The notes: generated from the letters alone by a model not told the origin. 46,121 nt of DNA from Opitutales bacterium (GCA_049598825.1 JBMYOA010000001.1:1-46121); one strand, 5' to 3'; shown: positions 18,370-28,214, counted from the stretch's first letter. Made by a program: numbers and translations.

Positions 18370-18978
18370 ATGAAAAGTAAATTGTGGATGGCAACATCAC
18401 TTGTTGTATTAACTTTGGTATCATCGTGCTCAAAGAAGAACGGTTTATCTCCTGAGGATACCGCTCTAATTAAAGGAACCGACCGGGGAACGTTTATGGG
18501 ATCGCCCGATGACTTCGAAAACGGGACGAACTCGGATGAACTTTCCCCCATCGGTGCGACCATAACTGGCATCGATGGCGATGATGGCCTGGCACCGCAA
18601 GACCCATTTTGGAGCGACCCAGACTCCTTGCAAAACGCAGAACGTCCATTCGACCCGATCTTCTTTGGCTTTGACCAATACAACATTGGCTCGGATGAAA
18701 GACAAAAATTACAGGACATTGCTCTTTTCATGACTCAAAATCCTTCAACGAAAATTTTAGTGGAAGGATATTGCGACTGGAAAGGCACTCCTGCCTACAA
18801 TAAATCTTTGGGAGACAGAAGAGCTACAAGTGTTCGCGACTACCTGACTGACTTAGGCGTCGAACAAAACCGCATTGAAATTATCTCGATGGGAGATGAA
18901 ATGGCTACCCCAAACGCGGATCCGACAACCGCCGGCATGGAAAGAAAAGCTCATTTTGTGATCCTCAGGGATTCCTAA
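18370..18978 (+). CDS. OmpA-C/Pal-like peptidoglycan-associated lipoprotein, copy 1
   Basis: Lipobox VSSC when started at ATG 18370; IFFGFDQYNI, EGYCDWKGTPAYNKSLGDRRA. Confidence 0.9.
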   Translation: MKSKLWMATSLVVLTLVSSCSKKNGLSPEDTALIKGTDRGTFMGSPDDFENGTNSDELSPIGATITGIDGDDGLAPQDPFWSDPDSLQNAERPFDPIFFGFDQYNIGSDERQKLQDIALFMTQNPSTKILVEGYCDWKGTPAYNKSLGDRRATSVRDYLTDLGVEQNRIEIISMGDEMATPNADPTTAGMERKAHFVILRDS

Positions 18979-18994
18979 AACTGCCCTTATTTAT

Positions 18995-19591
18995 ATGAAG
19001 ATTTTCCAATTATCATCAGCCTTGTTTTCACTCTTATGCGTTGGCTTTTCTTCATGTTCGAAAAAGGTTGAGCCTGACACCGCATTGATAAGAAACACAG
19101 GTAACAATACAGGAACAAGCTCAACAGACTCCCTGAGTGATGCCACGGGAGATGAATTCTCACTTGCCGGTGATCCCTTGCTTGGTGTCAACAACGACCT
19201 GCTTGCTCCGCGAGATAAAGATCTTGATGCGTTCAATGACCCACTCAACACAATTCGACCATTTGAGCCGGTTTATTTTGGATTTGATCAATATAATATC
19301 AACCCATCTGAAAGGGATAAATTGTCTGAGATAGCCGAGTTTTTAAACTCCAACCCCAAGGCCCAATTGCTTATTGAAGGTTATTGCGACTGGAAAGGCA
19401 CTCCTGCGTACAACAAATCGCTTGGAGATCGTCGTGCTACCACAGTGAAATCATACCTTGCTGACCTGGGTGCTGATCAATCGAGAATTGAGACGGTTTC
19501 GATTGGCGATGAATCTGCCATTCCAAACGCCGATGGAGAACAAGCTAAACTAGACCGGCGGGCGGCTTTTGTGGTGACGAAAGGATCCTAA
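18995..19591 (+). CDS. OmpA-C/Pal-like peptidoglycan-associated lipoprotein, copy 2
   Basis: Lipobox FSSC; VYFGFDQYNI, EGYCDWKGTPAYNKSLGDRRA, LDRRA. Confidence 0.9.
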   Translation: MKIFQLSSALFSLLCVGFSSCSKKVEPDTALIRNTGNNTGTSSTDSLSDATGDEFSLAGDPLLGVNNDLLAPRDKDLDAFNDPLNTIRPFEPVYFGFDQYNINPSERDKLSEIAEFLNSNPKAQLLIEGYCDWKGTPAYNKSLGDRRATTVKSYLADLGADQSRIETVSIGDESAIPNADGEQAKLDRRAAFVVTKGS

Positions 19592-20982
19592 GGTTCGCTT
19601 ATACCTTCTTCCCCGAGTTTTAGGAAAAATGATTCGAAAGAATCAATTGCTCTGTTCATTATTTTTAGATTAAAACTTTCGTCCGGAGCATGAAGATTAT
19701 CTTCATTGGTAAAAAGCCCAAGCATTAGAGCCTCCAATCCTGCCACTTCCTGAAGGTCACGAATAATTGGAATGCTTCCTCCCTCCCGTAAATAAATAGG
19801 CTTCGTTCCAAATTGATTTTCAACGCAACCTTCGAGAATCGGAAAAGCTTTCTTCATTAATTCTGTCTCCTGTCCATTTGAACCAGGTTTGCCTGGCGGA
19901 ATCACGACATAAGGATCTCCTCCCCCTTTGACCTCTACATCTACTCGGATGGAATCTGGGCATGCTGCTTCAACAGCACTTTTAACCTTGCGTGCTATAT
20001 CATCAGATTTTTGGTTTGGTACAAGACGACAGGTAATTTTAGCAAAAGCTTCAGATGGTATTACTGTTTTGGAACCTTCCCCCTGATAACCACCTCCCAA
20101 TCCATTAAATTCCAAAGTGGGGCAGAACCTAATTGCCTCCAATGCACTGTAGCCAGGGGGCGGCGAAAGTTTAGGAACGCCGAGGAAATTTTGATATTCT
20201 TCCTCTTTAATCGGAAGTTTCTCTAATTCCTCTCTTTCCCACTGTTGGGGTTCGATAACATCATCGTAAAAACCATCAACCGTAACTTTTCCAGACTCAT
20301 CATGGAGAGACGCACATACCTGAACCAACGCCTGTAAAGGATTGCGTAGAGCGCCACCATGTACTCCTGAATGTAAGTCCTGACTTGGTCCGGTAAGCTT
20401 AACCTCCATCGCTGTAAGCCCACGTAAACCGGTAGTCACAACCAATTGATCAACTCCAGGACTTCCCGTATCCGAAACTAGGAGCATATCACCGGCAAGT
20501 TGTTCCTTTCTTTCCTCTAAAAAGGGGCGAAAACTAGGACTACCAATCTCCTCCTCTCCTTCAATGAGATAAGTAATGTGAATGGGAAGGTTGGGGTTTT
20601 GCTTGAGAGCTCGGTACAGAGCACACATATGAACAATCTGAGGCCCTTTGTTATCAGCAGCTCCACGGCCATAAAGCCTGCCCTCCCGTTCAGTTGCTAC
20701 AAATGGGTCTGTTGTCCATAAATCGAGCGGATCGGGTGGCTGGACATCATAATGTCCATAGATCACAAGTTTCGGCCATGATGGATCCCCTCGTGTGGCC
20801 AATAACACAGGATGAATCGGCGTCTCTATGGTCTCTACGGAAAAACCAAGTTCCTCAAGCCTTGCCGTGGCGAACTCTCTGGCACCGCTAATACCATCCA
20901 AAAATGAGGAGTCAGCTGAAACACTTGGATAACTAACATATTCAGTTAGTGCTTTAATGGGGTCATTGAGAATATCGGTCAT
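19588..20982 (-). CDS. M20 family dipeptidase (ArgE/DapE-like)
   Basis: YGHYDVQP, GRGAADNKG, EGEEEIGS, DLHSG, GGSIP, HAPDESF. Confidence 0.93.
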   Translation of the reverse strand: MTDILNDPIKALTEYVSYPSVSADSSFLDGISGAREFATARLEELGFSVETIETPIHPVLLATRGDPSWPKLVIYGHYDVQPPDPLDLWTTDPFVATEREGRLYGRGAADNKGPQIVHMCALYRALKQNPNLPIHITYLIEGEEEIGSPSFRPFLEERKEQLAGDMLLVSDTGSPGVDQLVVTTGLRGLTAMEVKLTGPSQDLHSGVHGGALRNPLQALVQVCASLHDESGKVTVDGFYDDVIEPQQWEREELEKLPIKEEEYQNFLGVPKLSPPPGYSALEAIRFCPTLEFNGLGGGYQGEGSKTVIPSEAFAKITCRLVPNQKSDDIARKVKSAVEAACPDSIRVDVEVKGGGDPYVVIPPGKPGSNGQETELMKKAFPILEGCVENQFGTKPIYLREGGSIPIIRDLQEVAGLEALMLGLFTNEDNLHAPDESFNLKIMNRAIDSFESFFLKLGEEGISEP

Positions 20983-21007
20983 AGTCTTAAAATTTTGTTC
21001 TCAGGTA

Positions 21008-21775
21008 TTATTTTGCATTACGGTAGAGAGTCATGGCATAAGGCATTTTTGATTGTAAATAATTGATTCTGTTTCCCGAATCTGGGTGAGTGGATAGGAA
21101 TTGCGGCATTTTTCTACGGCTTTTACTTTGCATTTTCTTCCAAAACCGAATCGATGCTCTGGGATCGTATCCAGCTTTAGCTGAATAAATCAGGCCTAAG
21201 TCGTCGGCTTCTCTTTCTTGAGAACGACTAAAGGGAAGCACCGCACCAACGGTTGCACCCACTCCATAAGCCCCCCTTGCCAAAGCCCGATCCCCCGAGC
21301 TCTTGTTACGCATAGCGGTGTCTAAAATAATCCCTCCCAAAGCAACCCCAACTCCCTGAGTCATTCTTTTATTACTATGCCTACGGGCCACATGAGCCAC
21401 TTCATGGCCTATCACAGCTGCAATTTCATCTTCATCCTCATTCGCTAGCTCGATCAGTCCGGCATTTACGCCAACTTTACCCCCAGGCATGGCAAATGCA
21501 TTCGGTTCACTTTTATCAAAAACCACAAATTCCCATTCAGTCCCCGGAACATCAACCTTAGCTACATCCGTAATTCTTTTCCCGATCCTTTCGACCATTC
21601 TTTGATATTTCGCATTCTTAGAAACAGGGTCCTTCTTTTTCATCTGCGAAAATTGGGATTTGGACTGCCTGGCCAACCTCTCATCGGACATCATGGCAAC
21701 GCCACAACCTGTGACCCAAAACAAGGAAACTGCAGTAAAAACAAGTAGTGTAAAGAAATGCGAAAACCTAATCAT
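21008..21775 (-). CDS. M48 family Zn metalloprotease lipoprotein
   Basis: Lipobox VTGC; PNAFAMPGG, HEVAH, FSRSQEREAD, STHP. Confidence 0.93.
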   Translation of the reverse strand: MIRFSHFFTLLVFTAVSLFWVTGCGVAMMSDERLARQSKSQFSQMKKKDPVSKNAKYQRMVERIGKRITDVAKVDVPGTEWEFVVFDKSEPNAFAMPGGKVGVNAGLIELANEDEDEIAAVIGHEVAHVARRHSNKRMTQGVGVALGGIILDTAMRNKSSGDRALARGAYGVGATVGAVLPFSRSQEREADDLGLIYSAKAGYDPRASIRFWKKMQSKSRRKMPQFLSTHPDSGNRINYLQSKMPYAMTLYRNAK

Positions 21776-21834
21776 TTAATAAGGTTAGGTTATTTACACA
21801 CGGTTTTACCTCAAATTAAAAAAGAGGCATTCAA

Positions 21835-23388
21835 TCAATGCTTAAAGTGACGGGTTCTAGTAAAAAGCATTGCCATATCACGCTCGTTGGCAGCTGCAAT
21901 CACCTCCTCATCTCTGACACTCCCACCAGGTTGGATAGCCGCAGTCGCACCGGCATCTGCTGCTGCCAGCAAGCCGTCTGCAAAAGGGAAAAAAGCATCT
22001 GAAGCAATCGTTGAACCATCCAGGGACAAACCTGCTTCCCCTGCCTTCCATACGGCAATCCTGGAACTGTCCACTCGTGACATTTGTCCGGCTCCCACTC
22101 CGATAGTCTTTTCGTCACCGGCATAGACAATAGCATTACTTTTCACATGCCGCACAACTCTCCATCCAAAAAGCATCGATCGAAACTCAAGGTCAGTGGG
22201 TTGTCTTTTGGTCACGACCTCAAAGTGTTTGGGATTAATTCTTTTTTGATCACGATCCTGCACCAAAAGTCCCCCCGGGATCGTTCGAATTTCCTGCAAA
22301 GTATCAGGACCAAATCCAACCTTGGAAACAAGTAGACGCAGATTCTTCTTCTTGGCAAAGAATTGCTTTGCTTCTTCCGTAAAACCGGGAGCGATGATCA
22401 CTTCGCAGAAAATTTCGCCAATTTTTTGAGCTAAATCCAGGTCCAAAGTATTGTTGACTACAATAATTCCACCAAATGGGGCCTGTCGGTCCGTAGCATA
22501 AGCGGATTCCCAAGCCTCTGATAGATTATCGGCACTGGCCACACCACAGGGATTTGTATGCTTAAGGATAGCCACAGTGGGTCTTTCAAATTCTCCGATC
22601 AGATAAGCCGCAGCTGAAATATCGATAATATTATTATAACTTAATTCTTTTCCCTGCAATTGATCAAAATAGTCGAGGAAACCGCCGTATAAAGCTGCTT
22701 GTTGATGGGGATTCTCTCCATATCGCAAGTTCTGTACTTTATTTTCCTCGAGGTTGAGCGTAGCGGGAAAACCAGAAATGGAATCCATATCCAGTTCATC
22801 CTGATTACCCTGGGTGGCAAGATAACTCCGGATCGCACCGTCATAAGCGGATGTCCTGGTGAAAACCTTCAATGCCAATTCCTTTCTAAAGTTACTATCC
22901 AGTTCCCCTGCCTCCATCGATTTTAGCACTCTGGGATAATCCGTAGGATCGCAGACAACTGTGACATCTTTGTGATTCTTGGCGGCACTTCTTAGCATGG
23001 ACGGGCCACCGATATCAATCTGCTCAATCGCTTCATCAAAGGTGACATTGGCACGTGCAACGGTTTCCTCGAATGGATACAAATTAACGACAACAAGATC
23101 AATCATCTCTATTCCATGACTCGATGCTGCCTCGACATGCTCAGGATTATCGCGCAAGCAAAGCAACCCTCCATGTATCATTGGGTGAAGGGTTTTAACC
23201 CGTCCGTCCATCATTTCCGGGAACTTGGTGTGATCACTCACATCCGTTACTTCGATGCCTTGATCCCGAAGCAACTTGGCTGTACCGCCCGTGGATAAAA
23301 GAGTGTATCCGAATTGACTGACCAATGCCTGGGCAAACTCAGCGATTCCGGTTTTGTCACTTACTGATAGGAGAGCAAATTTCTGCAT
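21835..23388 (-). CDS. purH: Bifunctional AICAR transformylase/IMP cyclohydrolase
   Basis: ALLSVSDKTG, STGGTA, GRVKTLHP, IDIGGPSMLRSAAKN, LRYGENPHQ, KHTNPCG, ASDAFFPF, RHFKH. Start set at ATG 23388. Confidence 0.98.
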   Translation of the reverse strand: MQKFALLSVSDKTGIAEFAQALVSQFGYTLLSTGGTAKLLRDQGIEVTDVSDHTKFPEMMDGRVKTLHPMIHGGLLCLRDNPEHVEAASSHGIEMIDLVVVNLYPFEETVARANVTFDEAIEQIDIGGPSMLRSAAKNHKDVTVVCDPTDYPRVLKSMEAGELDSNFRKELALKVFTRTSAYDGAIRSYLATQGNQDELDMDSISGFPATLNLEENKVQNLRYGENPHQQAALYGGFLDYFDQLQGKELSYNNIIDISAAAYLIGEFERPTVAILKHTNPCGVASADNLSEAWESAYATDRQAPFGGIIVVNNTLDLDLAQKIGEIFCEVIIAPGFTEEAKQFFAKKKNLRLLVSKVGFGPDTLQEIRTIPGGLLVQDRDQKRINPKHFEVVTKRQPTDLEFRSMLFGWRVVRHVKSNAIVYAGDEKTIGVGAGQMSRVDSSRIAVWKAGEAGLSLDGSTIASDAFFPFADGLLAAADAGATAAIQPGGSVRDEEVIAAANERDMAMLFTRTRHFKH

Positions 23389-23511
23389 CCACTCCGTTGT
23401 GTATTCTCTCACTCCCGGAGCAAGCGTAATTCATTCACAATTTTAAAATTAACTGTAATCAATTAATCATTGGTCTTTAAACAAACTGTGATATGATCAA
23501 CTGCAAATATT

Positions 23512-23922
23512 TTGAAGGAGGAAAGTATAGAGTTGGAGGGTTTACACGCCTCCCTTGATAAATTAGTTCATCATCGAGAAAAATCGAAAGTGGAAGGCAT
23601 TGATTTACACGCCTTCATTTATTTCATCAGTATTTCGAATCTTTCGGACCGTAGTGTCACCCTTTTGGGAAGGAAATGGGTATTGGCCAACGATGATGGT
23701 ACCAAAACGGTGGTGGAAGGTGAGAAAATTGTTGGAGAATCTCCTATCATTCCGCCCGGCGAAAATTTCTCGTATAATAGCTATCATGTTACCCATCTTT
23801 CAGCAGAAGCGTTTGGTTCTTTTCATGGAGTGGATGAATTCCAAAACCGTATTCATATCAATATGAAACCATTTCGATTGAATATTCCCGGTGGACCAAG
23901 CATCGATCCTGCTCATTCATGA
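23512..23922 (+). CDS. apaG: ApaG domain protein
   Basis: HAFIYFISISN..SVTLLGRKWVL..VEGEKIVGESPIIPPGENFSYNS; TTG start. Confidence 0.85.
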   Translation: MKEESIELEGLHASLDKLVHHREKSKVEGIDLHAFIYFISISNLSDRSVTLLGRKWVLANDDGTKTVVEGEKIVGESPIIPPGENFSYNSYHVTHLSAEAFGSFHGVDEFQNRIHINMKPFRLNIPGGPSIDPAHS

Positions 23923-25271
23923 AGTTCACTGATCTGAATGCTCACGGTGGCATTGGTGCCAATTGCAGTCTCTGTGAATTGGGTCCATTTAAATTTGTGA
24001 TCGACTCCGGATTACATCCGAAATATGCCGGTCCAGACTCCCTACCAAGACATGAGATCATTGAACGATTTTCCCTTGATTTCATCATCCTGACCCATTG
24101 TCATCTCGACCACCTCGGTAGTTTACCACTACTATCCAGGGAACAACCAGACGCTCCAGTTATTTTAAGCTATGCCAGTGCTGTTCTTGCCCGCCGCATG
24201 CTTTCAAATTCAATCTCAGTAATGAAAAGGCAGCGATCCGAATTAAACATTCCTGAGCTGCCCTATTATGGTAGGGGCGATCTTACATCTCTCTACGATC
24301 GTTTCAAAACACCCCCGCTCCACACACCTTATCGTTTGGAAAAAAACGGTGAATTTATCGAGATTACTCTTCATCATGCAGGACATGTGGCTGGTGCAGT
24401 TTCCGTAAATGTTAAATATAATCGGAAGAGCGTCTTTTTTACGGGCGACATTCTCTTCAACGATCAGAGAACTTTGGATGGAGCCAATTTGCCCAAAGAA
24501 CCAGTGGATATCCTGGTCACGGAAACCACCCGAGGTGCAACCGAAATTCCCAAAAACCAATCTCGCGAGTCAGAAATAGTCCGCATGCTGAAACAGATGA
24601 ACTCGACACTTGCCAAGCATGGATCGGTTCTCATTCCGGTTTTTGCCCTTGGTCGGATGCAGGAAATGCTCGCCATATTGGATGAAGCTTTTCGAAAAAA
24701 AGCCATACCCAAGGTTCCGGTGTTTTGCTCAGGCTTGGGCATGGATTTGGTTAATCACTTCCATGAGATTTCAAAAAACACCAATCGTGTCCGCTTCAAC
24801 CGAAAAGTCCTAAAATCTATCGGAGCCCGCCCATTGCCTAAGAAAATCGAACCGGGTAGAAGACCGCCAATGGATGGCATTTTTCTGGTAAGTAGTGGCA
24901 TGATGGTTGAAAATACGCCTTCTTATGTTTTGGCTTCCGGTCTTCTGGGCGACCCTAAAAACTCCATCCTCTTTGTAGGTTATTGTGACCCGAGTACACC
25001 AGGAGGTAAACTTCTTGCCACTCAGAAAGATGAGACCTTTGAATTTGATGCCGTGGATGTAATTCAAAAAACAGAGGCAAAAGTTTGTAAATTTGATCTC
25101 AGCGGCCACGCGAATAGGGACGAACTTTTATCCTACGCCAAAAAAATTTCACCTCGGTCAGTTATTTTGCACCATGGAGACCCGGAAGCCCGGGAGTGGT
25201 TTAAGCAAAATTTAAATGACGAGCCATTTAGTATTTACGATCCTGAACCTCTTCAAACTTATGAAATCTGA
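23919..25271 (+). CDS. MBL-fold beta-CASP nuclease (YSH1/CPSF73-like, no KH domains)
   Basis: LTHCHLDHLG (HxHxDH), AGHVAGA, FTGD, LIPVFALGRMQE, SSGM, LSGHA, LHHGD. Confidence 0.92.
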   Translation: MKFTDLNAHGGIGANCSLCELGPFKFVIDSGLHPKYAGPDSLPRHEIIERFSLDFIILTHCHLDHLGSLPLLSREQPDAPVILSYASAVLARRMLSNSISVMKRQRSELNIPELPYYGRGDLTSLYDRFKTPPLHTPYRLEKNGEFIEITLHHAGHVAGAVSVNVKYNRKSVFFTGDILFNDQRTLDGANLPKEPVDILVTETTRGATEIPKNQSRESEIVRMLKQMNSTLAKHGSVLIPVFALGRMQEMLAILDEAFRKKAIPKVPVFCSGLGMDLVNHFHEISKNTNRVRFNRKVLKSIGARPLPKKIEPGRRPPMDGIFLVSSGMMVENTPSYVLASGLLGDPKNSILFVGYCDPSTPGGKLLATQKDETFEFDAVDVIQKTEAKVCKFDLSGHANRDELLSYAKKISPRSVILHHGDPEAREWFKQNLNDEPFSIYDPEPLQTYEI

Positions 25272-26040
25272 ATCCCTTCAAAATCCTTCCCTTGCCGATC
25301 AACTCGACGAAGCATTCACCCGTCCATCCGGACGGGAATTTGATCAAATGAGGGAAGTAACATTCAAAAAAGATATTGCACCGCATGCGAACGGATCGGT
25401 GCTTTGCTCCTTTGGCAATACACAAGTTATCTGTGCTGCCATGATCGAAGACCGCGTGCCCGGATGGATGAGACAGCAAAAAGTGGAAGGTGGTTGGTTG
25501 ACCGCGGAGTACAATATGCTCCCCTACTCCACCCTTTCCCGAAAAGATCGCCCCAGCAGTAAAGGCAAGCAGGATGGAAGAAATATTGAAATCCAGCGAC
25601 TTATCGGTCGTTCCCTGCGAGCAGTGGTCGACTTAAAAAAATTCCCAGATAAAACACTATGGATTGATTGTGATGTACTTCGTGCAGACGGTGGCACTCG
25701 CACGGCTTCAATCACCGGAGCCTGGGTTGCCATTCGCATCGCTATCAATGAACTCCTGCAACGCGGCAAACTGGAGGAGGACCCAATTATTGATCATCTG
25801 GCAGCTATCAGTGTGGGCGTTTACAAAGACACATGCGTGCTCGATCTTGATTACCCAGAAGATAGGGATGCATCGGTCGATGCAAACATCGTCATGACAG
25901 GGAGCGGTCAATTTGTAGAAGTACAATCCACCGGGGAAGAAGCCACCTACAGCAAAACTCAATTAGATGAAATGCTGGATCTCGCGGGAAAAGGAATTAC
26001 TGAATTAGTTTCTGCCCAAAAAGCAGTTTTATCCTCCTGA
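25261..26040 (+). CDS. rph: Ribonuclease PH
   Basis: RPSGR, GWLTAEYNMLP, EIQRLIGRSLRA, DCDVLRADGGTRTASITG, LDLDYPED. Start set at ATG 25261. Confidence 0.97.
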   Translation: MKSESLQNPSLADQLDEAFTRPSGREFDQMREVTFKKDIAPHANGSVLCSFGNTQVICAAMIEDRVPGWMRQQKVEGGWLTAEYNMLPYSTLSRKDRPSSKGKQDGRNIEIQRLIGRSLRAVVDLKKFPDKTLWIDCDVLRADGGTRTASITGAWVAIRIAINELLQRGKLEEDPIIDHLAAISVGVYKDTCVLDLDYPEDRDASVDANIVMTGSGQFVEVQSTGEEATYSKTQLDEMLDLAGKGITELVSAQKAVLSS

Positions 26041-26113
26041 AACACCAAATTCTCAGATTTTTGCTTTTTCTTCGGTCTATTTGTAAAATTCAGAACCTGA
26101 ACCTGAAATAACT

Positions 26114-26132
26114 TGCAATCCCCCTGATTGCA
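26114..26132. promoter_or_regulatory. Perfect 7-5-7 inverted repeat, candidate operator
   Basis: TGCAATC-CCCCT-GATTGCA, ending 43 nt upstream of ATG 26176. Confidence 0.4.
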
Positions 26133-26175
26133 TAGTTTGGGTATTTTACTCTCTAATCTACCACTCAGTATCCCT

Positions 26176-27315
26176 ATGCAGAAATATACTTTCCCATTCA
26201 TTTCTATATTACTGGCTAACTTTTCTTTTTGGACCCTCGCACAGAAAGAATCGAGTCCACAATTCAAAGTACTCCTTTTCGCTGACAGTAACCTGAAGCA
26301 GACTGATACTCAAATAACTAAGAGGTTTTCCAGTGCATTATCAGCAAACCTGGCAGATGTCAGGATGAGAGTGATCAGCCCCGATTCGATAACCCAAAAA
26401 ATATCGCCAACCAAAGGTAACGAAAGTTCAGGTTCCTCCTACAGGCAACTTACCCAAAATAATAAGATTACTCTGGCAAAACAATTGGGTGCCCATGCTA
26501 TTCTCTCAGCAAATTTAAACACTTTCACAAGTACAAGAGCAGAAATACCGAAGTTTGACCGCACCGTGGTAACACTCAGATTGTCTGCGAACTATAAATT
26601 TATTGCGACCGACAATGCTTCCGCTTTTGCGGGTGACCGGATTCAGGTTGAGAAAAAAATTCCCATCACCTCCCAAGTGGGTTTATCTTTCTCGGAAGAT
26701 GCCATTTTGTCAGAACTCGTGGAAGAAACCGCTGCACTCATTTCTGATAAGATTCTTGCTTCTGATATCCTCGAAAAGGAAGTGACTTCGAAATTTATCA
26801 GAAATTCCAATATGCCTCTCGAAAACCCCGCCACCAAGTTGGACCCTCAGCAAAAACTCATCTCTGCTACGATTATTGCTAGACTCAAAGGAATCAACCT
26901 TCCCGAAATTATTAAAGATGCGGATGGGACCATTTCACTTTCCGGAAATAACCTCGAAGTTTCACCAGGCGATGCAGAGGTCCACATCAACGGGATTCTC
27001 GTGGGTAGCTGTTCTGAAAAAAATCCTCTCAAAATACCAGAAGGGATCTGCAGGTTACAAATAAAGAGACCGGGGTTTGTCATGGAGGAAAAATTAATTA
27101 ACGCTTATGAAGGAATCACTCTCTCCTTTAATCTTGAGCCAACAAATAAAGAATACCAACTTTGGCGCGAACAACTCAAGTTCCTCCAGGAAATCAAAAC
27201 TGGGGAAACTTTTAACGAGAACCAAAAAAGACTCGCCGAAGGCATGTTTGAATTCTTAAAAAATTCCAAATACGAGGTTCCAGAAATCAACCTTAATAAA
27301 AGTCTATTCCAATGA
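26176..27315 (+). CDS. Secreted CsgG/TolB-N-like domain + PEGA domain protein
   Basis: Signal peptide from ATG 26176; LAKQLGAHAILSANL resembles the CsgG/LpoB-fold helix-strand motif; PEGA-like VSPGDAEVHINGILVG...IPEGICRLQIKRPGF. Confidence 0.65.
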   Translation: MQKYTFPFISILLANFSFWTLAQKESSPQFKVLLFADSNLKQTDTQITKRFSSALSANLADVRMRVISPDSITQKISPTKGNESSGSSYRQLTQNNKITLAKQLGAHAILSANLNTFTSTRAEIPKFDRTVVTLRLSANYKFIATDNASAFAGDRIQVEKKIPITSQVGLSFSEDAILSELVEETAALISDKILASDILEKEVTSKFIRNSNMPLENPATKLDPQQKLISATIIARLKGINLPEIIKDADGTISLSGNNLEVSPGDAEVHINGILVGSCSEKNPLKIPEGICRLQIKRPGFVMEEKLINAYEGITLSFNLEPTNKEYQLWREQLKFLQEIKTGETFNENQKRLAEGMFEFLKNSKYEVPEINLNKSLFQ

Positions 27316-28193
27316 GAAAAAAAATCCTTTTATTTTTAGCAACCCTACTTACACTCTCTGTTTCTGCTCAAAAAGAAACGATCTTGCTGCGGAAAATTGA
27401 CGCCACCAATACGGTAAAGTCTACAAGACCTCAATCCCTTAGCTCCTACCTGGAATCTCTCCCTACCCACTTCATAAATTATCTCAATCAAACCGGAAAA
27501 TATGCAGTCATAGATCTTTCAAGTGTGTTTTCTGAATCAAACTTGGATCTAGAACTTGAAAATTCTGCCGTATTTGAGGCAGCAGATAAGAAACTGTTGA
27601 AAAAACCAAAATATATTCTCAACTGTTCAGTCACCGCGTTTGTTGAAAAACAGGTAAATATCAAAAATCCACTCGATGACTCCACCCGAATTAATCGCGA
27701 CATTTTCGTTTCAGTTACCATGCAACTGATAAACCGGGAAAATCCCGCAGATCAAAAGACATTCCAAGTCCCTGATTTCTCTGATGCATGGGATGAAGAT
27801 CAATTTGGATCAGGAAGTGGCGGGGATTTAGTCCGAATTCAAAAGGTGGAGAACTTCGCAAAGGCTTCCGCCGAACAAATGGCATCCAGTTTCGTATCCA
27901 GTTTCGAACAAAAAATTTATGTCTACCAAAAAACGGGCACACAATGCACCATCCTCGCCGGATACAAGAATGGTATTGAAGTGAACCAAGTTTACAATGT
28001 TGGTATTGCCAAACCAATCATCCACCCCATTACCAAACAAGTTATGACAGGAACCACTTTCACCAAGATTGGTGTCATCAAGGTAGTAAGCACCCAAGCG
28101 GATGTTGCCACCTGTGAAATCATAGAAGATCTGGGAATTAATACTGATGTAGAACCAGACAAACTTCCCCTCGCTCGCTTGGCTACCCAATAA
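27312..28193 (+). CDS. Secreted CsgG-like domain + FlgT C-terminal-like domain protein
   Basis: Signal peptide; LNQTGKYAVID...KYILNCSVT (CsgG-like); AGYKNGIEVNQVYNV...IIHPITKQVM...IGVIKVVSTQ (FlgT-C-like). Confidence 0.65.
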   Translation: MRKKILLFLATLLTLSVSAQKETILLRKIDATNTVKSTRPQSLSSYLESLPTHFINYLNQTGKYAVIDLSSVFSESNLDLELENSAVFEAADKKLLKKPKYILNCSVTAFVEKQVNIKNPLDDSTRINRDIFVSVTMQLINRENPADQKTFQVPDFSDAWDEDQFGSGSGGDLVRIQKVENFAKASAEQMASSFVSSFEQKIYVYQKTGTQCTILAGYKNGIEVNQVYNVGIAKPIIHPITKQVMTGTTFTKIGVIKVVSTQADVATCEIIEDLGINTDVEPDKLPLARLATQ

Positions 28194-28214
28194 ATCCCTC
28201 GACATCTCCTTCTT

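Noticed and set aside
23389-23511. Possible ZMP/ZTP riboswitch upstream of purH
   Set aside because: The region is AT-rich and lacks the conserved GACTGGCG...CGCCTGGG elements.
26176-28193. Curli secretion or flagellar H-ring locus
   Set aside because: No csgA/B/E/F or flagellar genes nearby; similarity is only at the fold or motif level.
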